From assembly GCA_977017575.1 (NCBI GenBank), contig CDRNVI010000006.1, positions 186,001-250,000 of the forward strand: 64,000 nt of DNA, read 5' to 3'. Below, piece after piece: positions 40,426 through 51,240 of the stretch (position 1 is the stretch's first letter; every line of letters begins with the position of its first letter). The position numbers and the translations under genes were made by a program. The notes under the pieces are model-generated. The model saw only the letters and a list, made by a program, of their open reading frames with translations, was not told the DNA's origin and did no database searches. The stretch comes from Paramoeba atlantica. Lineage: Eukaryota > Protista > Discosea.

Positions 40426-40798
40426 TATGCCCTGCAGTGGCCAAAAACGGTCAAAACAAGTTATGTCGCTCTATCTTACTCGTAAATACAGACAAATTCC
40501 TAAATAACGTGAAATTTTTCTAGGTAGCACTCTCTGCAGCATGACTTCACGAATAAAAAAAATGCAAGAGCTCAGAACCATCATTCGTGTATTCATAAAA
40601 CATAAATGCACCACTCGTACGGTGAATACCGACCTTCTTATGTTAAACGGGGGTCCGGTTTAGCATGCCTGTGACCTCGTACCATACGGGGGGGGGGGTA
40701 TGGTATCGTGACCCAGGGTCGATGGCCTACCCCCCCTTGGTTTTTCAGGCAGAGAAGGTGTGATGTCGACATCTTCGAGGTGGCCCACGTAGATTATA

Positions 40799-42140
40799 AA
40801 AACCCCGCGTCATGAAAAGTGACCCCCCACTTTTTTTCGTACAAGTGTCCGTTTGAGCTGATTTTTGTTGCATTTTGCAGGTCTCAACACAAAGACTTTG
40901 CGCGAGAAGGAATGAAACTAAAAGAAGCGAATACGTATATTTTATTGAGGAATTACCATTTTTTCACTTTTTCGCCTTTCAATCTTATACACTCCTTAAG
41001 GCGTGAGTCAAAGCTTAAGACCGTTTTGTCTCTCACATTTTGAGACAAGCGAGACCACGCTTTGCGTACACATCGGATGAGTGAAGGCTTATCCGATGGG
41101 GTCTGTTCGTCCACCGCCCCTTGGACCATAGACCAGACGTTTTCTATTGGGGAAAGATCTGGTGAGTTGGGGGGCCAATTTTTCAGAAGTTCACTCATTG
41201 CGCTTTCAATGTACTCCTTTGAGGCACGAGCAGTGTGTGCCGTTGCCCCATCTTGCTGAAAAATACGATTAGGGGGGAAATCTACCTCTTTTAATGTTTC
41301 TATGTACGTCTCACTTGTAATAGATGTGTCATTTTGTAGAATTACCAAGTACCTCCACCCCACCCCTACAGCACCCCAAACTTGGCATCTTGGTGCCCAA
41401 CGTACTTTTTGACGCGGGGCTGCTTTTTGACCGCGCCTTACCCACATTTTTCTTCTGCCATCATTCGTATCAAATATTTTTTGAAAGATATTACTATTTT
41501 CTGTAAAGATGACACGGGAAGTATACATATTGTAATTCAACGCAAATTGAACTCTTTTTACTTTTTGTCGTTCGGTAAGCCCTTGGCATAGCGGTCGAGC
41601 GGCATAACTGTAATCCGGGGATGATAAGTCTCTCTGTACAGTTCTTTTTGAAACTTGTATATTCTTTTTCTTCAATTGGGCTGCTATGCGCCTTGATGAA
41701 TTGAGTCTCGGTACTCCAGCGGGGTCAAGAGGGGTTATTATCTTCTCAATTTTCGTTTTACGAGTTTTCATTATTTTTTTTCGCTCAGGACTCAAAGTGT
41801 ATACTGGGGTAATTTTTTTTTCGTTCAAATATTTTTTAACTATCCTTCTAGAAACGTTGAAATCACGGGCTAGCTCTTTTATTGGTACTCCTTGTCCGTG
41901 CCTCATCTTTAAAAGAACCTTTCCACTAGAAGTCAGCCCCCCTCTTGGGAGTCTATATGGTGATTTTGGCATTTTTGAAAAAAAAAGTTAAAAAAAATTT
42001 ACTGAATTTTAAAGTTTTAAAATGAGCTAAAAACAGCGGGAACGTACAGATCTCAAAATTTTGAACGACAACGTGGTATGATAACCCCCCACGACCCCCT
42101 GTGCTAAAAATAAGGGGGGGTCACTTATTGACGCGGGGGT
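40799..42140 (-). mobile_element. DD35E Tc1 element with TIRs
   Basis: ACCCC(C)GCGTCA..AAGTGACCCCCC inverted at about 40801 and 42140, TA flanks. Confidence 0.85.
40953..41972 (-). CDS. Tc1 DD35E transposase; ORF open but first catalytic Asp lost
   Basis: FQQDGATAH..PDLSPIE with 35-residue spacing; VIFTENSNIFQKIF where the sister copy at 39.7 kb reads LSDEKIF. Confidence 0.8.
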   Translation of the reverse strand: MPKSPYRLPRGGLTSSGKVLLKMRHGQGVPIKELARDFNVSRRIVKKYLNEKKITPVYTLSPERKKIMKTRKTKIEKIITPLDPAGVPRLNSSRRIAAQLKKKNIQVSKRTVQRDLSSPDYSYAARPLCQGLTERQKVKRVQFALNYNMYTSRVIFTENSNIFQKIFDTNDGRRKMWVRRGQKAAPRQKVRWAPRCQVWGAVGVGWRYLVILQNDTSITSETYIETLKEVDFPPNRIFQQDGATAHTARASKEYIESAMSELLKNWPPNSPDLSPIENVWSMVQGAVDEQTPSDKPSLIRCVRKAWSRLSQNVRDKTVLSFDSRLKECIRLKGEKVKKW

Positions 42141-42413
42141 TAACTTTATAGGGCATTATTCTTTTGTTTTCTTTGTTATTTATGGCGTTTTTTTCACTTC
42201 TATGATTTTTACCTGTGATATTATTAATCACTACTGGTAACTTTTGCTGGTAGTCATTAGTGAACTGTTCTTTCAAGAAGATCATTGTTCCCGAAGGAGA
42301 AGCTACAAACGTTCTCTGTATAAAAGAATTCAATACCTTTTTTGGAGTTTAGATGTGTTTTAGATTATGTCGGATTTTTCGGTCAGTGTAACTTAATATG
42401 GTCCTGTACTTAT

Positions 42414-43832
42414 ATGACTGATGGAGTCGAAGTGTTCTTTCGACAATCAGAAGCACTGGAATGGCGACACCATATGTCGCGGAAGAGAGGGTTAAATGAT
42501 ACACAATCTTCAAATACTCTGTTTGTATTCGGTGTTGAGAGGCCCTCCAGAGGTTCGAGCCAGCCAATATCAGACAATGCAGATCTGCGTACTTTCTCAT
42601 GGAAGTTAGATAATTCTGGAGCAACCAAAACGAAGGGAGATCGTTACTTTATAGTGGGCACGGTGCGTGCGATTTGGGAAAGAATTAAAGCTGAGGAACC
42701 CCTTCATCGTCACTATTATGAATTGATAGAAGAAGGAACACCTTGTCACCCTTATTTTGACTTAGAATGTCACGAACGCTCCGCGCCTCCACTCAACAAT
42801 ATAGTGTCTGCACTGCGGGATGCTATAAACTGTAGTGGTATTTTTCCCATGTGGGGACACGATGCCCGCCGTAGTATTGTATCATCACAAGACCTATTCG
42901 TGCTTCAGAGTCTTCCAATTGTGAAAGAAAAATTTTCACTGCATGTTATAGTACGATTGCCGACTTCCTTGACGAACGGATTTCACTGCGTTTTTCCTAA
43001 TAATATGGAGTTAGGACTCTGGATTAAGAGTTTTATATGCCCATACATGCGTGCAGCACTGGGCGTTGATCTGATAGACACGTCAGTTTACAGTAGGAAC
43101 AGGACATTTCGTAGCCCATGGTGCTGTAAAAAGGATAAAAATAGTACTTTAGTGCCGATTTATGCGAACGTTGTTCAATCAAATTCGACATCACTTGCAG
43201 AGGAATGCGCTCCTACCGGGCTTTGGGATGCTTATGAGGTATTTCACCGTGGATTGATCACTGATCAATCCGATACAATTTTACTCCCTGCGCATTTCAC
43301 TAAGCACTTCTCTGACACAGACTCGAAAAAACATCCTGCTGAACACCGAGTGTATGCTCCTCTGCGGCCAAAGGCTTCTTTTTCAAAAATAATCAAACCG
43401 TTAAGCGAGGACCTCCTTCATAGTTTGGGAATTTCTTCTGCTAATGTTTCGCTTCTACCAGCAGGCCTGGCTGAAAGCGTCATAGACAATGTAGTTAGTG
43501 CCCTGCAAAAGGGAGATCATCCCAAGCATCTTCATTCGAATTGCTTTCATCCAGAGTTGGATAGGTACATTCTTACATGTGTTGACGATTTTCGATCCTG
43601 TATATGGAATATACAAGCATTCACAGTGTATTACGCTTTGAAAAACTCTAGGTACTGTATCAATGTCGGCAGAGAGCATAAAAGCAATGGCACGTATGTA
43701 TCCATTCATCTCATACGTCGAACTATGAGTCAGCGGTGCTATGACGACGCATGCAAGACCTTTCGAGGACCTGAAGTACCAATCCCTCATGAAATTCAAG
43801 GATGTATTTGGTACAACTTAATTGATAAGTAA
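42414..43832 (+). CDS. PRIMPOL: PrimPol (AEP primase-polymerase with UL52-like zinc finger)
   Basis: YELIEEGTPCHPYFDLE, KFSLHVI, IDTSVYSRNRTFR, RYCINVGREHKSN..QRCYDDAC. Confidence 0.92.
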   Translation: MTDGVEVFFRQSEALEWRHHMSRKRGLNDTQSSNTLFVFGVERPSRGSSQPISDNADLRTFSWKLDNSGATKTKGDRYFIVGTVRAIWERIKAEEPLHRHYYELIEEGTPCHPYFDLECHERSAPPLNNIVSALRDAINCSGIFPMWGHDARRSIVSSQDLFVLQSLPIVKEKFSLHVIVRLPTSLTNGFHCVFPNNMELGLWIKSFICPYMRAALGVDLIDTSVYSRNRTFRSPWCCKKDKNSTLVPIYANVVQSNSTSLAEECAPTGLWDAYEVFHRGLITDQSDTILLPAHFTKHFSDTDSKKHPAEHRVYAPLRPKASFSKIIKPLSEDLLHSLGISSANVSLLPAGLAESVIDNVVSALQKGDHPKHLHSNCFHPELDRYILTCVDDFRSCIWNIQAFTVYYALKNSRYCINVGREHKSNGTYVSIHLIRRTMSQRCYDDACKTFRGPEVPIPHEIQGCIWYNLIDK

Positions 43833-44145
43833 TGGACCAAAAAGATTATCTGTAAATTGTTTACCAAATATGGTATGAGAGATATAAAGTTTTGCAGTAC
43901 CATTTTTGATGCTACGTTTAGCATCACCATAGGATACTCCTTGTATTTAGCCTTCAATGCTTTCAGCACCAAGGGGAATTCGAGACGATGCTTAGAGTAA
44001 TAAAAATTGTTTTCCTACTCACTTTAAGAAGTGTACAAAAAATAAATCTAAATAGTCTAAATAATCTTCCTCTAAAAATCTCAATATCGTTTTTAACTAT
44101 TTCAAGCTCTTCACAGCTATCATAGAACAGTGGGTGGTAGAACCA

Positions 44146-46341
44146 ATGCCTGCATTTCGTCGTAGCACCGCCTACTTGAATCGATTTACAAAATTGGTCG
44201 TTGACAGGAATTATATTTGTCCAAAGACTTTACGGCCATGGCGCGATGATTCGGCAGATGGGAAACCTGCAGTAAGCGACGAAGACCAAGAAGCATATAA
44301 TTTTTTGCACCGTAGTCCACACCGTCATAGTGATCTCGGGGGATACGGAGAGGATTTCGGATTTCATTATGTACCACGCGTGTGGGTAGATCCCGATTCG
44401 CCGCATATTACTCCATATTTTAATCGCTGGATTAAATGTGCTAATTTGAGAGAGGCTCGCTATTCGCACCATCGTCGGTTTTTACATGCAGTTGACGTTG
44501 AGAAACTTATACGGCATGGACGTCTGCTTCCTATGCCTCATCGTCTGTTGAATGATTACTTGATGTGTCGTATTCCTCTAACGGATCGTGATTTAGCTGC
44601 TATCTTTCGTTACGCCCGTTCTATACTCATCCGCCAAGGCAGCGATCAGTACTATCCTCACGTGGAGGAAATGTTCGAACGAGTGTTAGCTACGATGGTC
44701 CCACCAGTTGAAATTGGTGCCCATACCCACGCTGCTTTAATACGCTGTTGTGCTAGCATTGGAAGGTGGAAGGAAGGCTATGAATGGTTTCGTAATCGCA
44801 TAGCTGACTACGATATAACGGAGAATAGTGAGTTGTATGACGCTATTTTAGAATTATGCGAGACATGTGAAGAACACGAAACAGCGTGGCTCGAGTTTGA
44901 AAAGCTGTTAAAACTAGGTGTAAGAGTGCCATCCGTCACTTTATGTCGTATGATTCGCATTGCGGCAGAGCAAAGAAAGTGGGAGCTTGGGAACGAGGTG
45001 TGGGACCTTTTCGAATTCTTTGATGAGAAAAGAGACGCTCCAGCTTATGCTTCTTATTTGACTTTGGCAAGTGAATGTCCTGGCCACTGTGAACGTGCAC
45101 TAGGCGTGTTTGCTGAGCTCCGAACTCTCAATCTTATTCCCACAATTGAAATGGCGCACAGTGTAATGTACACTCTTTGCAAAACTCCGGGATACATGGA
45201 ACTGGCACGTTCGCTCATGAATGATCTTTTATCAACTGACCAGCAAACGAATCGAGGACTCCTTCCGGATTACCGAACAGTTACTTACATGATGATGGGA
45301 TGCGCCGTGAATTCCGACATGCAGTTGGCAATGGAGATATACAATCTCGTTCTGGGTCCAGACTACAAAGTTCGTTCGATACAAATTTTGCCGGAAGCTG
45401 TATTTCATATGCTGCGAGCGATTTTTAGGGGACTAATTGAGAGTGAACTGCAATCACTCGATGGTGGCTTACAAAAAGCATTACCCTTCACTTTAATACG
45501 TGAATTCGTGGACAGCAGCATCCGCCACGTTCGCAAAGTATATCCTCGTTCAAACTATGAGGAATGGATCCTCACTGAGCATGTGGCCATACTTTCTCAG
45601 CTAGGTGACTTTTCGCGAATTTTGAGTATTCTAAAATTTTTTGCCGGTTCAAATTTCGAGGTGAACATGCGAATCTATTTTTTTCTTTTGTATTCACTTA
45701 TAGAGCCGTTTAGACGATGTTCATTACTGAAGTCATTGGAGCACCATTATTCAAACCACATAGCTCCGTCGACTCTGAACACGAACGAACAAAATTTCTC
45801 AAAGTTGCGTTCACGAGGGAAAAAGTTAAGCAATTCTGACTCTCTTAAAAGAGCTGATGCTGAGTTTGAGTTAGCTAACGCTTTACATAATAAAATAATG
45901 TGCGTGCTGGACATGGCTCTCTTAAAGAGGGTTCCTATTAGTAGATGTAATTGCATTTCAGAAGCCTATGGTATTCTCCGCAGTCTTTATACTAAGGAAT
46001 GTCGCACCGCACCGCAGCAATTGCAACCAATGGCTCGAAGCCTGGATGCCACGTGGGAAGGTATTAATAGGCTTACAGTGGATACTGTGCCAGAAGAAAC
46101 TGCTGTAGCTTCAGATATGTCCCACACCACTACACCTTCGAATGATAAAAGCGCGACGTTCGATGCCACCAAAGACGATCTTTTCGATGACCCTCTGTGG
46201 GGAATTGACCCAGCTCTACCCTTGCATCCAAGGCATGCAAAATATGTGAAGTCTAACTTCCACTTTTCACGAGAGGAGAAGGGTTTGCAGAAGCTTGGTC
46301 AAGGGTACAAAGCTCCGAAACATATTCCAATGGATGCCTAG
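44146..46341 (+). CDS. Mitochondrial pentatricopeptide-repeat protein
   Basis: Repeated ~35-aa helical units (AHTHAALIRCC, SVTLCRMIRIA, APAYASYLTLA, YRTVTYMMMGC); Arg-rich presequence. Confidence 0.7.
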   Translation: MPAFRRSTAYLNRFTKLVVDRNYICPKTLRPWRDDSADGKPAVSDEDQEAYNFLHRSPHRHSDLGGYGEDFGFHYVPRVWVDPDSPHITPYFNRWIKCANLREARYSHHRRFLHAVDVEKLIRHGRLLPMPHRLLNDYLMCRIPLTDRDLAAIFRYARSILIRQGSDQYYPHVEEMFERVLATMVPPVEIGAHTHAALIRCCASIGRWKEGYEWFRNRIADYDITENSELYDAILELCETCEEHETAWLEFEKLLKLGVRVPSVTLCRMIRIAAEQRKWELGNEVWDLFEFFDEKRDAPAYASYLTLASECPGHCERALGVFAELRTLNLIPTIEMAHSVMYTLCKTPGYMELARSLMNDLLSTDQQTNRGLLPDYRTVTYMMMGCAVNSDMQLAMEIYNLVLGPDYKVRSIQILPEAVFHMLRAIFRGLIESELQSLDGGLQKALPFTLIREFVDSSIRHVRKVYPRSNYEEWILTEHVAILSQLGDFSRILSILKFFAGSNFEVNMRIYFFLLYSLIEPFRRCSLLKSLEHHYSNHIAPSTLNTNEQNFSKLRSRGKKLSNSDSLKRADAEFELANALHNKIMCVLDMALLKRVPISRCNCISEAYGILRSLYTKECRTAPQQLQPMARSLDATWEGINRLTVDTVPEETAVASDMSHTTTPSNDKSATFDATKDDLFDDPLWGIDPALPLHPRHAKYVKSNFHFSREEKGLQKLGQGYKAPKHIPMDA

Positions 46342-46528
46342 GTGCACCGTCAGACCTTGGGAAACATTTCCGGGTCATAAAACAAAGTCTTGGAGTTGAT
46401 GTTACATTCACTTCGGTAGAATAATTGACATTTCGTTATTTTTTAGTCTCAAAAAATTCATTTTCACTATTCTAAAGACTACGTGTACTACTTTTAGAGA
46501 CCAGAAAGTAAGATTTCTCCCTGTAAGA

Positions 46529-47599
46529 ATGTTTCAAATAATGACGACGCAGATTGCGGCGCTGATTGTTGTATTCTGGGCAAGTATTCACTCGAACTCT
46601 CACGTTTCCAGCAGCGTCATCGTGAGAGCCATTGTTTTGGCCGCAGAACCAAACGTGACAATTGGTCAAACTCTAGAGCAGAAGGGAAAATCTGAAATAT
46701 TTGAAACGGTCAGGAATCCATCTGGAGACATGCAATACCATTCCTTGGAATTCTATTCTCAGCGATATGGAATGACTTCTACGTGGTGCCTATTGATTCT
46801 TATCCTATCGTTACTCCTTGTATTTCCTTACCTCTGGCTTCGTTTTCTCTACCAAGTCCGGCAGCCGAAACTTGTCCTTGTCGGTCCGTGTGGATCGGGA
46901 AAAACGGCTCTGTTCCAAAATCTTGCCGGTCTGGAAATCCTTCCCACGCACACCTCTTACAAGCCTAATGAAGGCACTTTGGAAAAAAGGAGCCTAGCTG
47001 TTCCGTTATCCAAATCCTCAATAAAGGATTTCAAACTTGTCGATGTGCCTGGCCACCCACGCATGCGACATCTCGCGGAGCGTGAGATCACGGGAGGCAA
47101 CGAGGGCACCTGTGCTCGTGCTGTTGTGTTCGTTCTGGATGGTGTGAGTCTTGCGGAATCGGAGGGGATGGCTGAAATTGCGTCGTACTTATCAGACGTC
47201 ACGCGATGGATGCAACAAGCACAGAAAAACGCCCCAGTTTCCCTTTTTATTGCCTTTAATAAAGCGGATGATGTCATGTGCCCCCGAGCATCGTTCGCGA
47301 AAGAAAGGATTATGCGCGAGATGTCGCGTGTGGCCTCCACGCCGAGTATTGCTAATATTTCACACATTAAGGAGAGGAGGCAAAATGCGTTGGCAAGAAT
47401 ATTAGCAAAGTGTGGTCTGAAAAGGAAACGCTTCGAGGCAATGGAGGATACGGCGTTAGTGTCATGTACTAGTTTTCTAGAAAATACTAAAGTTGATTGG
47501 GGTCTGACGAGTTCCCAGGATAACAAAAGTGCAGACTCGCCTTGCACTGGAAATACGGAATTGAATTCAGAATTCTACAAGTGGATACAATCTCTTTAG
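46529..47599 (+). CDS. SRPRB: Signal recognition particle receptor beta (likely true start ATG 46772)
   Basis: TM helix then GPCGSGKT, THTS, VDVPGHPRMR, VVFVLD, NKAD; an AG after a pyrimidine tract at 46761-46762 precedes ATG 46772. Confidence 0.85.
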   Translation: MFQIMTTQIAALIVVFWASIHSNSHVSSSVIVRAIVLAAEPNVTIGQTLEQKGKSEIFETVRNPSGDMQYHSLEFYSQRYGMTSTWCLLILILSLLLVFPYLWLRFLYQVRQPKLVLVGPCGSGKTALFQNLAGLEILPTHTSYKPNEGTLEKRSLAVPLSKSSIKDFKLVDVPGHPRMRHLAEREITGGNEGTCARAVVFVLDGVSLAESEGMAEIASYLSDVTRWMQQAQKNAPVSLFIAFNKADDVMCPRASFAKERIMREMSRVASTPSIANISHIKERRQNALARILAKCGLKRKRFEAMEDTALVSCTSFLENTKVDWGLTSSQDNKSADSPCTGNTELNSEFYKWIQSL

Positions 47600-47870
47600 A
47601 TTTCATGTTTTGACAGATCTTCCTTGATGCCTTTAGATGTTTATGACACGTATGCGGCGGAACTTTTCCAGTTTCCCATTTCTCTTCACAACTTCAGACT
47701 CAACGAAACGGAGGGTGTAAGAGGGTGTAACTACACTGTATTTGTGTCTACTATGTACTTGTTTCATGTATAAGATAACGTATTTCGTTTAATGATGATT
47801 TAACATAGAGATTTAACACACCTCGACGCATTAGGAATCATAGACTCTCAACCATTATTGTTTTTCTCTG

Positions 47871-49925
47871 ATGAAGAAAAGCAAGACCCCGCACCCTTTT
47901 CGTTCACGAGCCCAAACGCTTTGCAAAGCAGAGCTACCTGTCACATCTGTTCCAGAATTGAAAAGCGCTTGGCAAGCTACCCAGTTGGAAGACTTCTTCC
48001 AAACTGCAGCCGAAAATGAAAAGGACTTTGCTGCACTCAGACATCCTCAATTAGTTAACGCCTCTAAGATTGAACACACAGAATCTCACCATGATACAGT
48101 ACCGGACTCCCATGGCGTATATTTACCTATTCCTCGTCGCCCATCCTGGAGGTACGATGAAACAAAAGCAGAATTGGAGGTGAGAGAAAGAGATTACTTT
48201 CTTACATGGCGCAGAGAGGTGAATTCAATGGAACAAAAACTACGCCCTTTGGTAGTGAGTCCATATGAAAAGAATTTAGAGGTATGGCGTCAACTCTGGC
48301 GTGTTGCAGAGCGCAGTAGTCTGATACTGCAAATAGTGGACGCACGAAATCCGCTTGGCTTCCGCTGTCTGGATTTGGAAAAATATGTTGTCGAGAGTAA
48401 CCGGCTCTGTGTATTGGTGCTCAATAAAGCAGATTTGCTGACCTCTGAACAGCGGGAGCAATGGGCGAAATACTTCACGCGGGACGGTATTCCTTTTCTT
48501 TTTTTCAGTGCTATTGAGGACGGCGTTTCAAATGTAGAACCCGAATTGGTAGTCAATCACAAGGTTTCAGAGTTGAGTGCAGATAAGAACTCGGCCGGTA
48601 CGTCATCCATTTCTACTGGAGAAAAGCGATGTTCTAGAAGACGCCACCACAAATCGAGTAGTATCGGTACTCTGCCCCCCTGGGTGAACTCTATGGCGGC
48701 TTCCGGAGGTGATTTATCCCTTATTCGACACTCTTTGCAATCGCTTGCAGGGGGCAATGTGGATGAAGCTGACAGAGCCCGTAACTTGACAGTAACAGAG
48801 CACAACAGAACGACGAGAGCTAAATCGTTTTTGGAGGAGAATCCTGCCATTTCATGCAGTGAACAGCTTGCGCATGCAGTATTTAATTCCTCACGGATCT
48901 TCACTCCGAAAGATTTGGTTGACACTCTTCTTGTATTTTATGAATTGTGGAAGGTGGAGTCGTGCTCTAACGATGGTGACGGTCAGACTGTCTTTGAGTC
49001 AACGTCGTGTAACAAAGATGGCAGTTCATCCAATTTTACTAACGCACTGCACGTAGGTCTTGTGGGCTATCCGAATGTGGGTAAAAGTAGTGTGCTAAAT
49101 TTCTTACAAGGGAAAAAGCGCGTCACAGTCAGTCATACTCCTGGCAAAACGAAACACTTACAAACATTGTACTTGGAGTATGAGAGACGTCTTGTGCTTG
49201 TCGATTGTCCTGGTCTCGTGTTTCCCGTGGTAGGGAAGACAGAAGAAGAGATGACTTGTGACGGAATTCTTCCCGTAGCTACTATGAGAGACTACGCAGC
49301 TACTGTGGAGGTTGTCTGTGGACGAGTACCACAAGATGTACTTGAGCGTCGGTACGGTGTGGATTTGACCAGTGAATGGAATGAGCCGAATCTATCTCTA
49401 GGCGAACGCCTTATGGATGCTCTAGCAGTATGTCGTGGTTACGTGGGAAAAACGAGTACCCCGAACAGGTCGCGAGCCGCACTTTTAATTCTTAGAGACT
49501 ATCTGAACGGTCGCATTTTATATGTGCACTTACCTCCGGGCACGACCTCTGAGAAGTCTTTAAGACACCGATCTGTTGATGCGGAGGTAGGATGCGACTC
49601 TTCGGATGAGTGGTCATCTGTTACTTCTCTTGATATACCTTTAGAACGCGAAGAAAATGTTGTCAATGAAAAGCACTTACGGGAATGCTCGGGTCAAAGC
49701 AAGAATCCTTTTGCTTGCGAAGCGTCGAGAACTAGTGTAGAAAGCAATTGTCCTGATGAGGAATGTCTCGAAGTTGACGCCTCGGACGAAATTTTGATAT
49801 CAAAACCGGAAGAATTTGTTGATCACCCGCGCGAAGGTCATCGAAGAGGCCAAAGTAAAGCATCTGCTCGCCGTGCGCAGAAAAAGATCGACAAATCAAT
49901 GCAGAAAACGTTCTTGCTTCAGTAG
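47871..49925 (+). CDS. LSG1: Large subunit GTPase 1 (circularly permuted GTPase)
   Basis: PYEKNLEVWRQLWRVAE, IVDARNPL, LNKADLL, VGYPNVGKSS, TPGKTKHLQT, DCPGLVFP. Confidence 0.95.
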   Translation: MKKSKTPHPFRSRAQTLCKAELPVTSVPELKSAWQATQLEDFFQTAAENEKDFAALRHPQLVNASKIEHTESHHDTVPDSHGVYLPIPRRPSWRYDETKAELEVRERDYFLTWRREVNSMEQKLRPLVVSPYEKNLEVWRQLWRVAERSSLILQIVDARNPLGFRCLDLEKYVVESNRLCVLVLNKADLLTSEQREQWAKYFTRDGIPFLFFSAIEDGVSNVEPELVVNHKVSELSADKNSAGTSSISTGEKRCSRRRHHKSSSIGTLPPWVNSMAASGGDLSLIRHSLQSLAGGNVDEADRARNLTVTEHNRTTRAKSFLEENPAISCSEQLAHAVFNSSRIFTPKDLVDTLLVFYELWKVESCSNDGDGQTVFESTSCNKDGSSSNFTNALHVGLVGYPNVGKSSVLNFLQGKKRVTVSHTPGKTKHLQTLYLEYERRLVLVDCPGLVFPVVGKTEEEMTCDGILPVATMRDYAATVEVVCGRVPQDVLERRYGVDLTSEWNEPNLSLGERLMDALAVCRGYVGKTSTPNRSRAALLILRDYLNGRILYVHLPPGTTSEKSLRHRSVDAEVGCDSSDEWSSVTSLDIPLEREENVVNEKHLRECSGQSKNPFACEASRTSVESNCPDEECLEVDASDEILISKPEEFVDHPREGHRRGQSKASARRAQKKIDKSMQKTFLLQ

Positions 49926-50208
49926 TGAAACTGAACCAGAAGTCCACATATATTTTTTCGTTCACGAGCATCGTTTCTGTGATCATCTATAACATGGAAA
50001 GCCTGCCCTTTTTCTTTTTTCATTTCCTTTTCCTTTTCATTTCAAAACATTTGTGCACTTTTTGTTACTCTTTTCATCCCTACCCCCCACACTTTCATCT
50101 CCTCAAAACCATCTCCCCTATAAAATTAAACCCTCACCCCTCTCCCCACCCCCCTCCTTTTTTACCCCCTTTACCACCCTCCCCTTTCCTTCTCTCCCCT
50201 TCCCTCCC

Positions 50209-51240
50209 ATGCCCCCCCCTTCCCCCGTCCCCCCCTTCTACCACGCCCTCCTCGCCGCGGACAACCCCTCCCCCCTCTCCCTCGCCCTCCGCACCGCCGC
50301 CTCCCTCCTCCTCCTCCTCGCAACCCTCACCATCTGGGCCGCCGCCTGGCTCGTCTCCCTCCCCGTCTACGGCCTGGCCTACCCCGTGCTCCCCACCCCC
50401 CGCCGCCGCCGCCTCCTCTCCGCCATCTTCCGCTTCTTTAACGTTAAACTGCTCATCGCGCTCTGCGCCGGGTGGCTGTGGCGCATCCACGTCCTCGAGG
50501 ACCGCTGCTTCCCCCGGCTGCCGAGGAGGGCCCGGGTGATCTACTTGGTGAACCACGCCTCCAACGCGGACCCCTGGGTCGCGGCCCGGGTGCTGTGGGA
50601 GAGCGGGGGGGTGGACTGCCGCTGGGTCGCGAAGGCCTCGCTGTTCCGGATCCCGTTCGCGGGGTGGTGCATGCGGATGGCGGGGGATATTGCGGTCCAC
50701 TTTACGGCGGAGAAAGGGGGCTGGGGGACGAAACGGGGGAGTGTGTCCCGGATGATGCGGTATTGTGGGGAGTTGTTGGAGGAGCGTGTCCCGATTGGGG
50801 TGTTTCCGGAAGGGGGACGGAGTCGGGTGGGGGAGGAGGGGCCGTTGCTGCCGTTTAAGCTGGGGTTTTTTGATTTGGCGATAAAGAAGTCGGCGAGCGC
50901 GACAACGGAGCAGGATGTGGTGTGGCTGGTTCCGGTGGTGTTGGTGAACACGCACATGGCATGGAAACCGGGCGATTGGAAAGTGGCCAGCAGTGATATT
51001 TATGTCACACTGGGTGACCCCTTTCCTGTGTCGGAGGAAAATGTAAACTATTGTGTGGAAAAACTATCCATAGAAGGTGATGTAGCGCCGTTAACTGAAC
51101 AGCTGACGGTAAGGAGAACGGAAGCACTCGCTAGTCACATGCAGGATACTTTTTCGAGAATACGAAAGAAGATGCACTCCCAGTTACGCGTATCCAAAGG
51201 GACCAGGATACGGCCTAGTAAAAAGATACATGCAAACTGA
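50209..51240 (+). CDS. 1-acyl-sn-glycerol-3-phosphate acyltransferase (PlsC/AGPAT family)
   Basis: NHASNAD (HX4D motif), WVAKASLFRIPFAGW, VFPEGGRS; N-terminal TM helix; ATG 50209. Confidence 0.9.
   Translation: MPPPSPVPPFYHALLAADNPSPLSLALRTAASLLLLLATLTIWAAAWLVSLPVYGLAYPVLPTPRRRRLLSAIFRFFNVKLLIALCAGWLWRIHVLEDRCFPRLPRRARVIYLVNHASNADPWVAARVLWESGGVDCRWVAKASLFRIPFAGWCMRMAGDIAVHFTAEKGGWGTKRGSVSRMMRYCGELLEERVPIGVFPEGGRSRVGEEGPLLPFKLGFFDLAIKKSASATTEQDVVWLVPVVLVNTHMAWKPGDWKVASSDIYVTLGDPFPVSEENVNYCVEKLSIEGDVAPLTEQLTVRRTEALASHMQDTFSRIRKKMHSQLRVSKGTRIRPSKKIHAN

Noticed and set aside
47792-47871. ATGATGA...CTGA pair resembling a C/D snoRNA before LSG1
   Set aside because: No recognisable rRNA-antisense guide; the CTGA overlaps the LSG1 start context and pyrimidine leader.
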